A stretch of DNA of 64,000 bases, from positions 2,886,627-2,950,626 of the forward strand of contig MU004230.1 of assembly GCA_010405405.1 (NCBI GenBank), written 5' to 3'. Every line of letters starts with the position of its first letter. Position 1 is the first letter of the stretch. Of the stretch, positions 44,221 through 57,800 are shown in pieces. The DNA comes from Microthyrium microscopicum (taxonomy: Eukaryota). Below the pieces are notes generated by a model. That model was given only the letters and a program-made list of their open reading frames with translations. It had not been told where the DNA came from and searched no databases. The position numbers and the translations under genes were made by a program.

Positions 44221-45980
44221 CTAAACCCCAATGAAATACAGGCGCGTAGCCTCATCATACTCCAAAACCACCTCCTCTTCCATCTCAACTAAGTCGACAT
44301 CCATTTGCTGCCACACATTCAACACATACGCATCCCTCAAGGCATACTCCGCTGACCGAAACGTAGCACAAACATAACAATTCCCCCCAACATTCGTTTT
44401 TCCGGAGCCGTGCATCTTGCCAAAAGCATCCACTGGACTCATCACCATCAGCAACTTACCCGCCTTTCGAACCACCATACCCGCTCTTACACGCCTTCGC
44501 CATTCAATACCTTGGTTCTCCTGAGCCTTGCTCGAATTCACTACCTCCTCCGCCTTGGCCGCGGCTCCACGCAAGCTGTCCACGTGCATCTTCCACAGCT
44601 TCATGCGTAATGCGACAGCTCGCTCGCGCGCTACGCCTTCCGCTTTGCAGCACCTCTCGTCGAACTCTCCTTCGGCCATGGCGAGGACTTGCGCACCCGT
44701 ATGCCAGGGAGCCACACACTCCACGTCTACGGGCACGGCACTCGCGCTGAGCCAATCCCGCATGTGCTTGTTGTTCCAGGTACGTGGAGCTAACGGATCA
44801 TACACAACCTCGCGCTTCGGCGGGACAGGTACGCGTAGGAGCGAGGCATAGCGGAGCGTATTATGGCTACTTCCCACATCAGGCTGCGCAGGTGCCAAAC
44901 ATGCCACAACGCGTGTTTTTGGCGTACGTGTGGCTAGTGGATCAAAGACGTGCTTCAGCACTTTCGTTAGCGCAGACTGGCGGAAGGGGATATATGGTGC
45001 TCGTCCCGGCTTTCCCTCCTCCGGGGTAAGCAGGGCGCGGCCACGAATACAGGCTTGTAGGACGGACAAGCTGGTATTGATGTCGCGGGCCTCATGCATG
45101 CGTTCTTTCGAGTGCGTGGTGGATGTATCGCGGAGTGCTTCACTGCCTGCGAGATCAACGAGGTATAACAAGCCATCCGGGGCGGCGGGCGTGACAGGGT
45201 CGGTGATGGTGATACGTGTAACCGCATGCGCTCTTGAACTCTGTGCATTTTTCACTGTCTCTGCTGTACTTCTCAGCCGAGCAGCATTGTCCACATGTGC
45301 TAAGAACTCAGATGCCTTCAAGACGCGGGGCTCAGAGCAGCCGACGAGACGTGTTTCGCCGAAAGAATCTTCAAGTAATGCGATGGGTTTTCGATCGGCG
45401 AGTAGATCATAGGCAGCGTTGAGGGTAGTTCCAAGCTCAAAGATAGCGATATGCACATTACGATAGCCACCGTCCTTATCGCGTTGGCCGCAAAGTTGAT
45501 GAGCAAGTAGGTGCTGGAGGGCAGAAATGGTATGTGTTTTGCCACTGCCGGTTTGGCCGTAGGCGAAGAGTGTCGCGATACCGCCTTTGAGGGCGTGGGT
45601 GACGAGAGGAGCGGTGAGGTCCTCGTAGAGTGTTTCTGTGGACTCGGTGGGTCCGTAAATGCGGTCGAGGAAGAAGGCAGAGGACTGGTCTTTGTTAGCT
45701 GATGCTCTTGCGGACTGTTGGAGATACATACGCGAAGCTTGGGCCCACCTGGGAGGCCGAGAGCTAGATTGTGTAGTTCGACAATGTTGTTGGTTCGTGA
45801 ATGGACGCCTGAAGTTTGCCCCTTCTCGGCTTCATGTTCGAGAATTGGACGGATGCGAGCAGTAATGACAGTATCGTCATTGCGTGGGAGGTTGACTTGT
45901 TCTTTATCGACGTTTACTGGCCTGGTTCGAGCCTGTTCGACTAGAAATTGGAAGGTCTCTGTGTGTTCTGCTGGATTCAT
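44221..45980 (-). CDS. atypical kinesin motor protein (kinesin-13-like) with C-terminal accessory domains
   Basis: Exons 45980-45732 and 45684-44221. ARIRP, AYGQTGSGKT, NAQSSRAH, LVDLAGSE, IPFRQSALTKVL, TLRYA. Confidence 0.88.
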
Positions 45981-46587
45981 TTTGAGAATGTAAACAGTGG
46001 CGGCAAAAGGGGTTAGCAGCTTAGAGTAGATCAAGCGATTGAATTTTTTAGATAGTATTGATGGCAAGATAGTTGGAAATAACGATTTATTCAATGCTAT
46101 TCTCTTTCAGTACTAAAAGGCGAGATTCAAATTCTAAAGGCGGATGTTCTATTTTATACTGATAGTGTTTTGTTGTTGCCTGGTTGCTCGGCGGGAAACA
46201 GTATTCAGGGGTTAGTGATCATTGATAAACAAACCGCGTTCCATTAGGCAACACTCTTTGCACCCATTGACTGCTCATACCTACGGATAGCATCGAAGGC
46301 ATTGATTGGAATGAATTATTTTTTAGATTGGGAAGATTTGACATTAATGTCTTTCAGCCAAGTGAGCCATAATAAACTCCCATATGCTCTACCCGCGCCG
46401 CGGGTGTGACTGACAGGACATCAAAAGGTACTTTACGTATCTTTATGTTTACGGACCTTTCATGAATCTTTCGATGAGCTTTGGACATTGATGTAGTTCT
46501 CACTTTCTACGAAGAAAAGAAAAAGGAATCACAAAATACGTAGTTGCTTGATGAAGCACCATTTTGTTCAACTTCAATATCAAGAGC

Positions 46588-49500
46588 TCATCTTCTCGGC
46601 ACCAAAGGTATTCCAGAACTTGAAGTTTGCTTGTCCGACTTCCTATCCCTCAACTCCGATTCTAGCTTTGCACAGGTACTATCCTGGACACGCGTATGTT
46701 GGCTTGATTTCTCCATATACAACTGGATCTTGTCCTCCTGATTTTGAGATGCCCTATTGCTCGTGGCGTACTGGTGCTTGATGTCAACCTCGTTTTTCAA
46801 GGCAATTTCATCGATCATTGAAAGATTATCCATATGATTTCTAGATAGAGTGGAGAAATGGTGAGCCGGTAAAGGCTCTGAACCAATAATTGTCTTTGAC
46901 TGGTTCTCATTTGACCCGCCTAGGGCTCCAGACGATGTCACCGATGCTGAAGATGACTGGCCAAATATTACTGCTCCATTGGGATATTGAAACGGGTCAG
47001 AAGAATCTAGACGTCGCGACTGTTTTGGCACAGTCCACAGAGCCTGCCTCCTGTCACAGCAGGAAGGGGAGAGATTCAGTACCTGACACTTTTCGAACAG
47101 CTCATTCTGTTGGGGCCAATAGATGTTGCCCACAAGATTCCGCTTGTTGGACCAAGTTGTGGAATATTCGTCGCGAATATGTTGTAAAACTGAAATACTA
47201 ACAGCCATCAGCCCTCTATCCATTGGTACTTGAGACCAATTGCGACAAAGCTCTGCCCCTGAGGCTGGCTGAAGTAAACCCTGAAAATTCGAAGCAAATA
47301 TGGTGATAGCATTGATTTCTGTAGTGAAGCTTGCCCAACCTCCACTTGTCAACTGGAGATATGTCTCCCGGGGACGAAGAGATGATTGCCCTCGGATTAT
47401 ATCGAGGAATTCCCAGCCTCGGACACCTGGCTGGCGAGAAGCATGCAAGAAGGTCTCCTCGTAGTCTTTGACTACCACTTGATAATCGTGAAGATCAAAG
47501 AGAAGATTTGTGTTTTTCCGTATCACTTCATGGAGAAGATTGTTTTTGGTTCTTTGAATTGTTTTCGTAGAGATAATGTCACCGTGCTCGTTTCGTGTAA
47601 CCTCTTGGAATTCCTCAGCGGGCTCTTCTCCCACCTTGAGACCCCAGTTTGATTTATCCAGCAAAGCTGCGACCGCTGCATTCGGATCAGCGCCGTCAAT
47701 TACATGATTGAACCTGTCAATCTCGAAGAATCGGCTCATGCTATGTGGGCTCTGAGCATGAGATAGCTGCGTACGCGTAAGTAATAAGATTGCACTTGCT
47801 CCATTGACAAGCCAGGCTCGATCATCTTGGCTGTCATAAAAGCTGACTCGAACATTCTTCTGGGCAGCTCTTATGAGAGCCTCAAAGCTGGTGTGAGAAG
47901 TGCCGTGAAAACTCCTATTTAGATGTCCCCGGCCGACTGGCATCCCTCCTTGCACAATCTTTCCGACTGTGAGCGAGCTGTCTCGCAGGTTAAAGCCTCG
48001 GGCACTAAAGTAAGTATTACTGGCACCAATCTCGTTGTAACCAAAAAATTCAGTACCTAAGTGAATTAGAAGAGATTTTCAAACTAAGCGTCTTTCTAAA
48101 GAAAGGACAGCAAAAGGACATTCTCACCAGCAAGTGTTTTAACCGTTCTCGTCCATCCCACAAAGTGCCTCGCACTACTTTCGACTTCTTCTACCAGTTT
48201 GTCTGACGTTACTTTTGCTTGTAAATCAGCTGCCTTGGAAGATGCAATCCGATTTCCTGCGTGATCCCACATGAAATGCCATTGTATAGAGTCACTTGTG
48301 GCATCTGTTGCCACGAACATTGTGGAGAATCCTCTCAATATTTTGGCCCCTTGGAAGTCCGTCAGCCAATCGGCGTTACCCAAAGTAACCATCAATGGTA
48401 GCGAGAGTTCGAGCCCCCGTTGACCTTCTGGTCGAGGTGAGATGGGAAACCCTTGTATCAATGTAGCATGCTCGAATAAATCAAACCAGCAACAGTTGAC
48501 GAAGTCTTCGCGTTTCAGTGAGCTAGGCCTGGTCTCGGACACTATGAGTATTTCAGGATAACCCTCCTTTTGATTGCGGGGATTTACTGGTGTCTCCAGG
48601 ACCTCAGAAATTGCTACCCGATCTGTCATGTTGTCTGATATCAAAGCTGCACTAAGCCACGAGAGCAGCTCCCCAGTCTCAGACAAGCAGGGGGCCCGAC
48701 CGAAAGCTAGAACATCCAGTCCTTTTTGCGTGATTTCGCATCGAACAACGGTTCCATCAAGTAAAGTTGCTGAACCTTTTAGTAATTGTTGTATGAAGCG
48801 TTATGAAACAAATACTTGCCTGAAGATTGCTGTCCAGTGTCCTTGAGTGCCTTTTGAACCACATCAAGGAGCTCGGGACCACCTAAGGGCCAGGTCTGCC
48901 GTACATATTGTTCAATAGACACTGCCTGAGCGTGGCTTGGCGAACCAGTCAGTGTAATGATTGAATGGAGAGGTCTTTCGCTTCCTTCGCTGTAGTATTT
49001 CTGAAAAAATTCCATGCAATTAACATCAACCAAGAAATTAATAAAGAGTGAACCCCCTTTCAAGAATATTGACTCATCGGATTTCAGATCATTGATCAGA
49101 CTCATCATTGTCTTTCGCATCCATGATATTGCTCCACATTCATGGGAACTGAACAAAATGCGTAACTTTGCCAATAGCCAGAGATATTCCGCACCTGACA
49201 GTAAGATTGCCCATGTCTGACCATGGTTTTCATCAACGGAAGCATTTTCTATGGCGTCCTGTGATATACCATCACCATATGAGTCGCTATCTACTTCTTC
49301 AACTGGAGGTATCGATTGTTTATGTAATAGAGGCTTTATGAAGTCAGTCGAAGACGCCTTCGTTTGAGTAAGTTTACTGACATCGTCACCTCTACTTCCA
49401 GCATCTGCCAAAGCCTGGAGATATTCGTTCAATCTTTTTTCAAGGTCTCTCGCGATGGACCTAAGCGTCTTTAGTGACAGTGCTAGACAGTGCTATGTCC

Positions 49501-49888
49501 TAGAATGCTGGGGTGAATCGAGAAAGAGAATCATTCTCAGCTCTATAATCCACGCTAACAACCAGGACGTACACCAAAGGAGCATGGTAAAATCATCTTA
49601 CTCTGCGTTGTCTCGGATGAGTGAAGCAACCTCACTGTGACCCTTTTGCCTGTACTTAAGATCCAATTTGTTCGAAAACTCCTTCAACAATAAGGTTATC
49701 GAGTGGTAGTTACGCCCAGCCGAAATTATTCGGGGACTGTAGGCTTTGATCTCGACCAACACATGTCGGGTAAATCGAGACATGAGTATCTCATTGGATC
49801 TATGAGAATAGTGTAGTTTTTTAATATGGGAGCCAGACGCTGCCTCTCCTATCGCTTGCGATGTATCGTCGCGAAAAAGATAATTCAT
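46588..49888 (-). CDS. large multi-exon hypothetical protein (start and junctions approximate)
   Basis: Four consecutive minus-strand ORFs (49598-49918, 48779-49432, 48096-48686, 46588-47955) separated by intron-like gaps. Globular-looking motifs GLELSLPLM, GFSTMF, IQWH, RHFVGW, FYDSQDDRAWLVNGASAIL, GWEFLDI. Confidence 0.7.
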
Positions 49889-50788
49889 TTCGAAGCGAGT
49901 CTGTTGGGCAATGTACAAGATAATTGTGATCTTCGATTCGAGTTATGCTCCGTACTGAAATATAGCTTCTCAACAAGCATGCTAGCGATTATTGAGCTTG
50001 GAACAAAAGTACGACAAATGAATTGAGGAGCGACCGGATTTTAAGGAGTTCAGTAAAATGCCTCGCGTACATACTTGGTAGGTTGGGAAATGGCATCGGG
50101 CTGAGAGTGGCGCAGTGCATGCGTTTCTCAGGTGCAAGGCGTTCTCGGACAGTCAACGAATTGTTACGACGTGAAGTGCAGAAAATTGGTTGTCGTGGTT
50201 AGATCTGACCTTGAAGTATTTCCGAATTTGCCATTCAGCCCTAAAGCTTGCAGAAGCCAATTCGCTTCAAGACTTGATTTTAGACTTCAAGGCGTTGAAG
50301 CTAAATTTGGTGGTTGGAAAGTAGCCAATTACCGTGGCCTGTGCCTGATGTTGGGCTTATAAGGCTGAAAACGACATCGGCTCACTGCGATCTACGGTAG
50401 ACCTGAAATACAGGAAGCCACAGATATGGCGACTGCTTCCCAGAACTCGTCTGCCCTGAACTCGGAACCAGACAGCTTGACTTTGGCAAACGGGAATGCT
50501 TTCGAGAAAATGTAAACATACTAACATATGCATTGAATAGAATGTGTTTGGATTATATTACACACAAAAAGTAGGAAGAGAGCGACGAGTCTATAGTGAT
50601 TTCGGGAAGTCTGTGGTAGCCTTGGAAGTATGGAGTTGCATCGTTTTCTTGATCTTTTCCAGAGCTGGAGCTGGCAATACAGTCCCAAAATGCAGCGAAG
50701 CTTTTCGATTGAAGGGAGGCCACAGCCTCACTATCAGATCGAACATTTTTGAAGAGGCCTGAGAAAGTTTCCAGACAACGGCCTAGAT

Positions 50789-52350
50789 CTAGTAGATTCC
50801 AGGTAGGATACGCCATTTCACAATCTTCTTGTAGCGGGCCCAATCATCACCATATTTCTTTGCGCAGGCAGCATCGTCTCTGCCCTCACGATGGACGAGC
50901 AAAAAGGCAAAGTAGGCCACGTAGAAGTACGTGTAGAGCATACCCCACCCTTTCGCACCATCCTGAGCCACTATACGACCATCAAGCATTTTATTCACGC
51001 CCACGGTTGCCAACTGGCTGCCCGCCGGAAGAATGATGTAGCCAGAAATAGCAGTTGGCAGGCTGAACGGCGAGGCCTGAAGCCAGTCGCCAAAGTAATT
51101 GATATGTCGCGATACTCCCCACCATCCGGAGGTAAGAAGTCTTGTGCCTCGTTTTGTTTGAATGTAGGACAGGTTTGCAACACTTGGATCATTCGGATTG
51201 GTGCGGAAGGTGTACTTTTGAGAGTTGGAAGCGCGGAAGATAGAAACTCCCACGGCGAAAACGGCTGTGACAGCAGCAAGGCCTGTCCAGCCCAGTTGCA
51301 CAGGGTACGTTGAGATATAGCGAGTTTGAGTTGAGTACAAGAACGGCACCCAGACAATGTCTCCAAAGGTGAGCATGAAACCAAGGCCGTCTGTGGTCAT
51401 GTCCATCATTCCTAGTATGCCAGCTTCGGAGTATTGTCCTTCGAGCACATAGTAGGACTGAACAGCAGCGATGAAGACAATGCTGTCAGAGACATATCCG
51501 AAGTTGCGATATTGTTTTGCTATGAAAGCGAGGTCCATAAGGATCCATCCTGTCAATCCAGGGCGCATCTCAAGCCAACCCTTGATATCAACCTCCCCGA
51601 AAAATGGAAGAGTGATTCTTGGGTTAAGCTCACGGCCAATATAATAGTCGTAGATGAAGTTTCCAGTGTGTCCACCTTCGGCCAGCTCGCGAAGTTCACT
51701 ATTGTCTTGCTTGACGCTAAAGCTGGCGATATAGACATAGGTTGAGATGATGTAGGCGCCAATAATGCTAGCCGTTAGGAGTTGCAGGTAGTTTTCGTCG
51801 ATGAAAGTCCAGACTGGAAAGTTTGCTCCAAAGATGTATGTGCCAATTGCACAACCTGCCAACTGGAAGACAGTGGCATTAAAGGCTAGATATCATAGTA
51901 AGCACAATTTATGTCTCGTTAGTCAGCCAACTTTCTTACCATTGAATCTGTACTTGAGTGGTTTACCAGACTCGCGTAGTTTTGGTCCAAGAACCTCATG
52001 GGCAGGAAGCACGCGATAGAGAACCAAGCTGAGCAGGTAATAGGCAAACAACCATCCAGTTGCTTTCCAGCTTGCAAATCCCCAGATGCCATTTTGAGGC
52101 CAGGGAATCTGAGCCTTCAGTCTGTCCCATGTAAGGGTACTAGGTTCAAGAAGAGCTGGAGCAGGACAGCCAGTGATGTCGTTGCAGGTGAAGAAGAAGA
52201 AATTTAGCAGTAGAGGAAGCCCAAACACAATTGCGGCAGCGCCCGGACTTTCAATTGACGAAGAATTAGTTGATATGTAATTGAGATGGAATGATTCGAT
52301 GGAAGAACTTACGGGCCTCCGAATTCATATTCAATTTTTGGCTGAGCCAT
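50789..52350 (-). CDS. ERG24: C-14 sterol reductase (ERG4/ERG24 family)
   Basis: Exons 52350-52313, 52247-51940, 51885-50789. YEFGGP, IGRELNPR, EMRPGL, GFMLTFGD, LLTSGWWGVSRHINYFGDW, CAKKYG. Confidence 0.93.
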
Positions 52351-53201
52351 GATCTAGACGCGTTTGTTACGCGATATATGTATCGATGGATTTGCAGAAA
52401 TCAAGAAGAGGTTGAGAGTTGTATCATCTGGCTCTATACAGGTACAGAGTCAATTTATATGTATCTGAAGTCCCGCTCGGGTCCGTACTACGTAGAGTTC
52501 TCCGTACAAGCCGTAAGGAAAAAGTTGAGGAGATGCGAATTACGAAATACGAGACAGCAAAGCGAGGAGAAGTTGGAGGCAGGAGCCCCTGCTTAGCGCG
52601 GCGGCCCGTTCCGTGACGCTAGCTATCCGATTGGGTCGTCCAATTTATCAGCATTCTTGCAACTTGCATCTTTCCATCAATTCGTATCTCTATTTTTATC
52701 TTTAGCTAACACCGGTTCTGCAGTCAAAAAGTTCGTCGAGCTGTCAGTCATCCTCTACTCATGAGGAAGTGGATGGTGCTGATAGGCACATAGGCTACAT
52801 CGATCGTTGTTGTTTACGCAGCCGTCCAAAAACAACGCTCATGGAACTTACGAACAGCTTGCTGGCCATTTCGCGAGAACAGATTATTCAGTCATCGTCC
52901 TGCGGAACTTCTTCAAAACTCTAATCAGTTTCTCTGTGATGTGATATTGAGGAAGAAGAAGAGAAGGAAGAAAAGCATGTGATATCTCGTGTGGCCATGC
53001 AATGAAACAAATGGTGACCCGTAACGACCAATGTGTCGTGTTGGTGAGAGAGCACCAAACAAGATCAAGGGAAGATAAAGCTGTTGAATCCCTTGAAATC
53101 TTGAAAAGAAAGACGACTGGTTCTTTCTGCACCGCTCTCATTTCCAATATTTACTCCCCAAATCCTCCATCGTGGAGGATATTGCCAGAGGTCGTTTCAA
53201 T

Positions 53202-53894
53202 ATGTCGTTGCCTACCAGAGAAACCGAGCAACAACCTTTCTTGATGTACACCGATAGTCCTGCTATCGGCGAATTGGGCCCAAATCATCGATACCAAAAG
53301 ACACAGAGCAAGCGAAGAAAGATCCTCTCTCACTGTCTGGTGTTCGTTGCCACTTCAGTCTTCTGGATACTAGCCATGACAGTCATATCTTCCAACAGCA
53401 CGAATGGCTGGCATCCCCTCAACACAGCAAATAGTCGCCATAATGTCACATCACACGCCAGACTTATCACCTGCGGCAATACTACAGCAGAAGCAACAGC
53501 CCGTGGCTGCAAATACGACATCCTGCTGAACAATTGGATACCTGCACAATGCCACGACCACGAATTCCTTGAAGAATATAGGGAAGACGAAAGCTGGGGC
53601 GCATTCGCCGACAAGAACCTTACACAACGATTGAGAACAGTAGATGAGATGACTGATAGGGATCACTATTATACTTCAGTAAGGGATCACGTCAATCATT
53701 GCGCGATGATGTGGAAGAAACAGTTCTTTTACCTTTTCGAAGAGCGTCCGGCTTTCGATACAGTTATTGCCAGCCCTGGACATACGGATCACTGCGCTCA
53801 GTACTTGACTGACGCTCCATTCAGCAACCTGACTGAATCTACTATGGTTGAGGTGGGCTTCGCGGGATGTTGGGTGAGAGATGAGAAGCTATAA
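53202..53894 (+). CDS. DUF3328/UstYa-related protein (twin HxxHC)
   Basis: N-terminal transmembrane helix, CGNTTAEATARGCKYD, HVNHC and HTDHC motifs. Confidence 0.7.
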   Translation: MSLPTRETEQQPFLMYTDSPAIGELGPNHRYQKTQSKRRKILSHCLVFVATSVFWILAMTVISSNSTNGWHPLNTANSRHNVTSHARLITCGNTTAEATARGCKYDILLNNWIPAQCHDHEFLEEYREDESWGAFADKNLTQRLRTVDEMTDRDHYYTSVRDHVNHCAMMWKKQFFYLFEERPAFDTVIASPGHTDHCAQYLTDAPFSNLTESTMVEVGFAGCWVRDEKL

Positions 53895-54808
53895 TCGTTG
53901 TAGAAATTCGCCTTTTGTAGATACCTTGCACTCTGAACGAAGGGCGGCTTGAAGCATGACAACCTGTACACAATGTAATTGATGAGAAATTTTACAGTAC
54001 GAACTGGAGGAGCTTTCATATCCACCGTGCGCTCTGAGAAGACCAAGATAATTCATCATATCCATTTTGCCAACAACCAACATTCTTGATGCTCAGCAAT
54101 TGTATTTCGGGCTTATAGAATACCTTTTCCTCGCAAACACGTTGTTTTCCATAGTCCACTTGCAAAACCGCCAGTCAAATTCTCAATTTGGAAGGTAACT
54201 ATATCTTTGTTACTAATAATTAGAGGGTTGAGATTCGAGGTAATGAAAGTGTTTCTTATTTTCAAGACGCTACTGTACAAATTTTCGAGAATGACAAGGC
54301 GAACTTGTGGTTTAAGCAATACACTTATCGAAAGTATTGCCTGTTAGACCCAAGCTCTGAAGCCCTAGTAGTAAGGTTCTTGTTGATAGTATCACCCATT
54401 GGACTCCGGAATGTTGAGACTCGAAGCAAACTTCACGTTGTGTCTCACTACGATACTCTGTAAAATCGTTCTAGTAGCCAAAAAGCGGAGCCAAAGACAA
54501 TCAAACTTGGTGTTCAAGACAATAATATTAACCTTCGCATCACCATCTGTGCGAACGATGGATCGCTATGCTAAACTAAAGCAAATAATAACAACATGAT
54601 TTGTGAATAAAATCAGTCAAGCCCTTCTTCAACGACCATGATCAGAGTAAAAGACCCTTTTCTCATGTATACGGGGTATATAGAGATTCCTCAGCACTTG
54701 AGGTAAGGGCGAAAAGTTCCAAAGATGGATAATAACAACAGCAGCAGCCTTCCTATCAGCGTCTCTCCCAAAAGCCTGATATCTTACAACAACAATCATC
54801 TCCATAGC

Positions 54809-57800
54809 TTAGTTCTCGTGTCGATATGTACAACTGCTACCCTTTGTACACTTGCCCATGGGCCAAAAGCGACACGCTTGCGTGAATTTCTTGGAATCTG
54901 CTGGTGCACCACCAAAACCTCCGCGTCCTTGGCTCCACTTGCCACCACGACCTCGGCCGGCGGCGTTGTTTTGGCGTTTGTTCCAGGGTTCGTCGTCCTC
55001 TTCATCGGCGGAGACTTCGCGGAATCGTTTACGTTCCGGGTTCTCGTAGGGGCCGGGTTGCGCAGTGTTTAGTTGTGGTGTGGCGTAGGCGTTGAAAGCG
55101 GCTGCTTGCGATGGTGCGGCTCCTAGACCGGCGAGGATATCTTGTACGCTTAGTGCGGGCTGCACAACGGGTGGTGTGGAGACTGGCGCGGGTGCTTGTA
55201 TTGGTGCTTGGCCGCGGATTTGAGCGAGGAAGGAAGAGATGTCGAGAGGAGCGGCGGGGGCTGGGGGTACCGGCGCGACTGGAGCCGGTGCGAGGGCTCC
55301 TAGCAGGGCGGCGAGTGGGTTGGATGTGTCGACGGGTTGGCCCATTGAATATGCAGCTGGTACTGCAGCGTTTTGAGCTGTCGGTTGAGCAGTGAGTGTA
55401 TTTAGGATAGAGACGAAGTCGGGAACGGCTGAAGTGACCGGTAGTGCCTGAGCGGAAATTGGTTGTGGTTGCAATGGCTGTGCCATGGGCTGTGGGGTGC
55501 CAGAGCCAAACATTTTAAGCACTTCTGCGATATTTACGGGTGCTGTAGTGGCTGGCAAGATAGAAGGCACAGCTGTAGATAGGACACCTAGTCTCTCTAG
55601 CTTATGGCGAGTCTTATCTTCTATGGGTCCAAAGTCTATAGGACCATATTTATCCAGAGTGCTGGTAGCTTCTACAGGGGAGTTTGGTCGAGATGGAATA
55701 TCCGAGCGCTCGAGATAGACAGCTAAAAGTGAATTCTCTTCTCGCGTAACTTGTATCTTCCGTTCCTGGGATTCCGGTTCCAGTTTACCGCCGTAGCGGG
55801 AGTAGTTGCGGTTTTGCTCAGTGCCAATATCGGAGAAATCTACAGAAGAAGGACCGGTATACTCGCCAAAGGTCTCCTCACGTTCCTCCTCGTCTATCTC
55901 CATTTCTGTATCAACGATCTCCATATGGTCCTTGTGTAGCTGCTTGAACATCCGTCCCTCGTTGCCAACATCGCCGACATCACGCATTGAGCTTTCAGTA
56001 TGTCCAGCATCTTCATCAGGATCGTGGGTAAAATACTTGACGGCAACAAGCTCATCATCGCTCTTCCAGGATACACGAAGCTTGCGACGAGCCTCTTTGC
56101 GAAGCCGTTTGGTCTTTTGTTCTTCGGTTTCCTTGGGTCTCGCTGCTTCAGGTTTTTTCTTCTCCGTTTCTTCCGCCTTGGGATTTAGAATTCCTTCCAT
56201 CATGCCACCGAAGCTGAAAGCAGGCTGAGGAGATGCATTCGCGGAACTCGAGCGTGATGGCAACGATGCGCCTCCTGCTGATGACTGTACTGACTTTTTC
56301 ATGCCCGCGAGTATGTTTGACATGGACTTTGAGGCGCCTGTTGGAACCTTGGCTTTGGTTTGACCAATCGCACCTGTGGATGCGTTCGCTGATGACTTTG
56401 AACCAAGAGCAGACGCAGGGCGTTTGGCAGTGGCAGAAGCTAGAGATGCAGAATTGCCAATTGCAAGTCGCTTGACAGTTGAAGGTCGTGAGGAGTTAGA
56501 GTCTGAGGGTAGGGGTCTTTTGAGACTGGATCCATTGTTTTGGGTATCCGCGGATTTACTTGTCATCTTTGCAAGTGATGATGAGTTGCTCTTGCCATTT
56601 GGGGAATTTTTCATAGATGAATCGCCATCTGAATCTAAGCTATTGGGTTTGGGAGTTCCATTTGAAACCGACTTCTCGGTATTTGCGGCAGCCATGTCAA
56701 TGATAGACTTGACATGACGCTTGATTTCATTGCCGCCTCGTTTGAGCATTACTTGAAGAGCCTTTTGAAGCTTTGTAACCTCGAGATCCTCTGTGGTGAT
56801 GCGCGTTAAGCATGCAAGAAACTTGATAAAGTGTTAGGGCTGCACATTTGGAAATCTGGGAGAATCATACCTTCAAGGTGGTCACTGATAGCGAGCCATT
56901 CACATCTCCTTCTTTGACGCGGTCAACGAGGATAGTATAAATCGCCGCAAGAAGCTTTTTGTTTTCACTGAGCCTGGCAAAACAGTTAGCAAAGATTGAG
57001 CATTTCTCGGCTTCTCAGATAAGAGATTTTTAGCCAAAAAAGATGAAACATATTTATTATGCTTTTAGACAGCACGAAAAGTGTAGCGCTTCAGTTGAAG
57101 TGGAATTTCTTTTTGATTGTAGGATGCGGTAAGTGGGTTTGCAATCACAAAATTTACATGTGACTGTACACCCCAACAAGCCTATGAATCAACAAGCCAT
57201 GATACTAAAGATCATTCTGGGCTTCCTGGGATTCCCAACTGAAAGTGATATAATAGTCGTATATAGATATGCACGAAGAGAGAAGGGCAGGAAAGAGAGG
57301 AAAAGGGGTGGACCTACATGTCGAGAATATGAGGATGACCATGCGTGACCGCAGCTTGTAGTGCAACCTCCAAGATGCCTCGATTCTGCTTAACCTTTGG
57401 CTTTAATATTTGGTCATTCTGTTTCTTGTCTGTGGCAGCTTTGAGAGCTTCATTCGAAAACCGCCAGCGATCACGTAACTTAAAGAATTGTTCAGAGAAT
57501 TGAGCAAGACGAGCCAACAAAACATTGTCTTCAAGATATTTCGCCCGGGGATGCCATACGGCTTTTATCGTGTCATATTCTGCCAGCTTCACGGGGTCAG
57601 TAGGACGACTGGCTGGCAAAGGAGCATGCTCTTCAATCTCCAGTTCGTCGTCAGAGTCAGAATCCACAGATGATTCGCTATCACTACTAGTTAGACTGGG
57701 CGATGAATTCGGTGAGCCAGGAGATTTGGCTACAAGCATTCCAGATATAGACTTGACGCGATGTTTCTTGTCAAGTTTGCTTATCTTGGCTTGAGTGATA

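Noticed and set aside
50789..53894. Secondary-metabolite gene cluster
   Set aside because: No backbone enzyme, transporter or precursor nearby; the neighbours are housekeeping genes.
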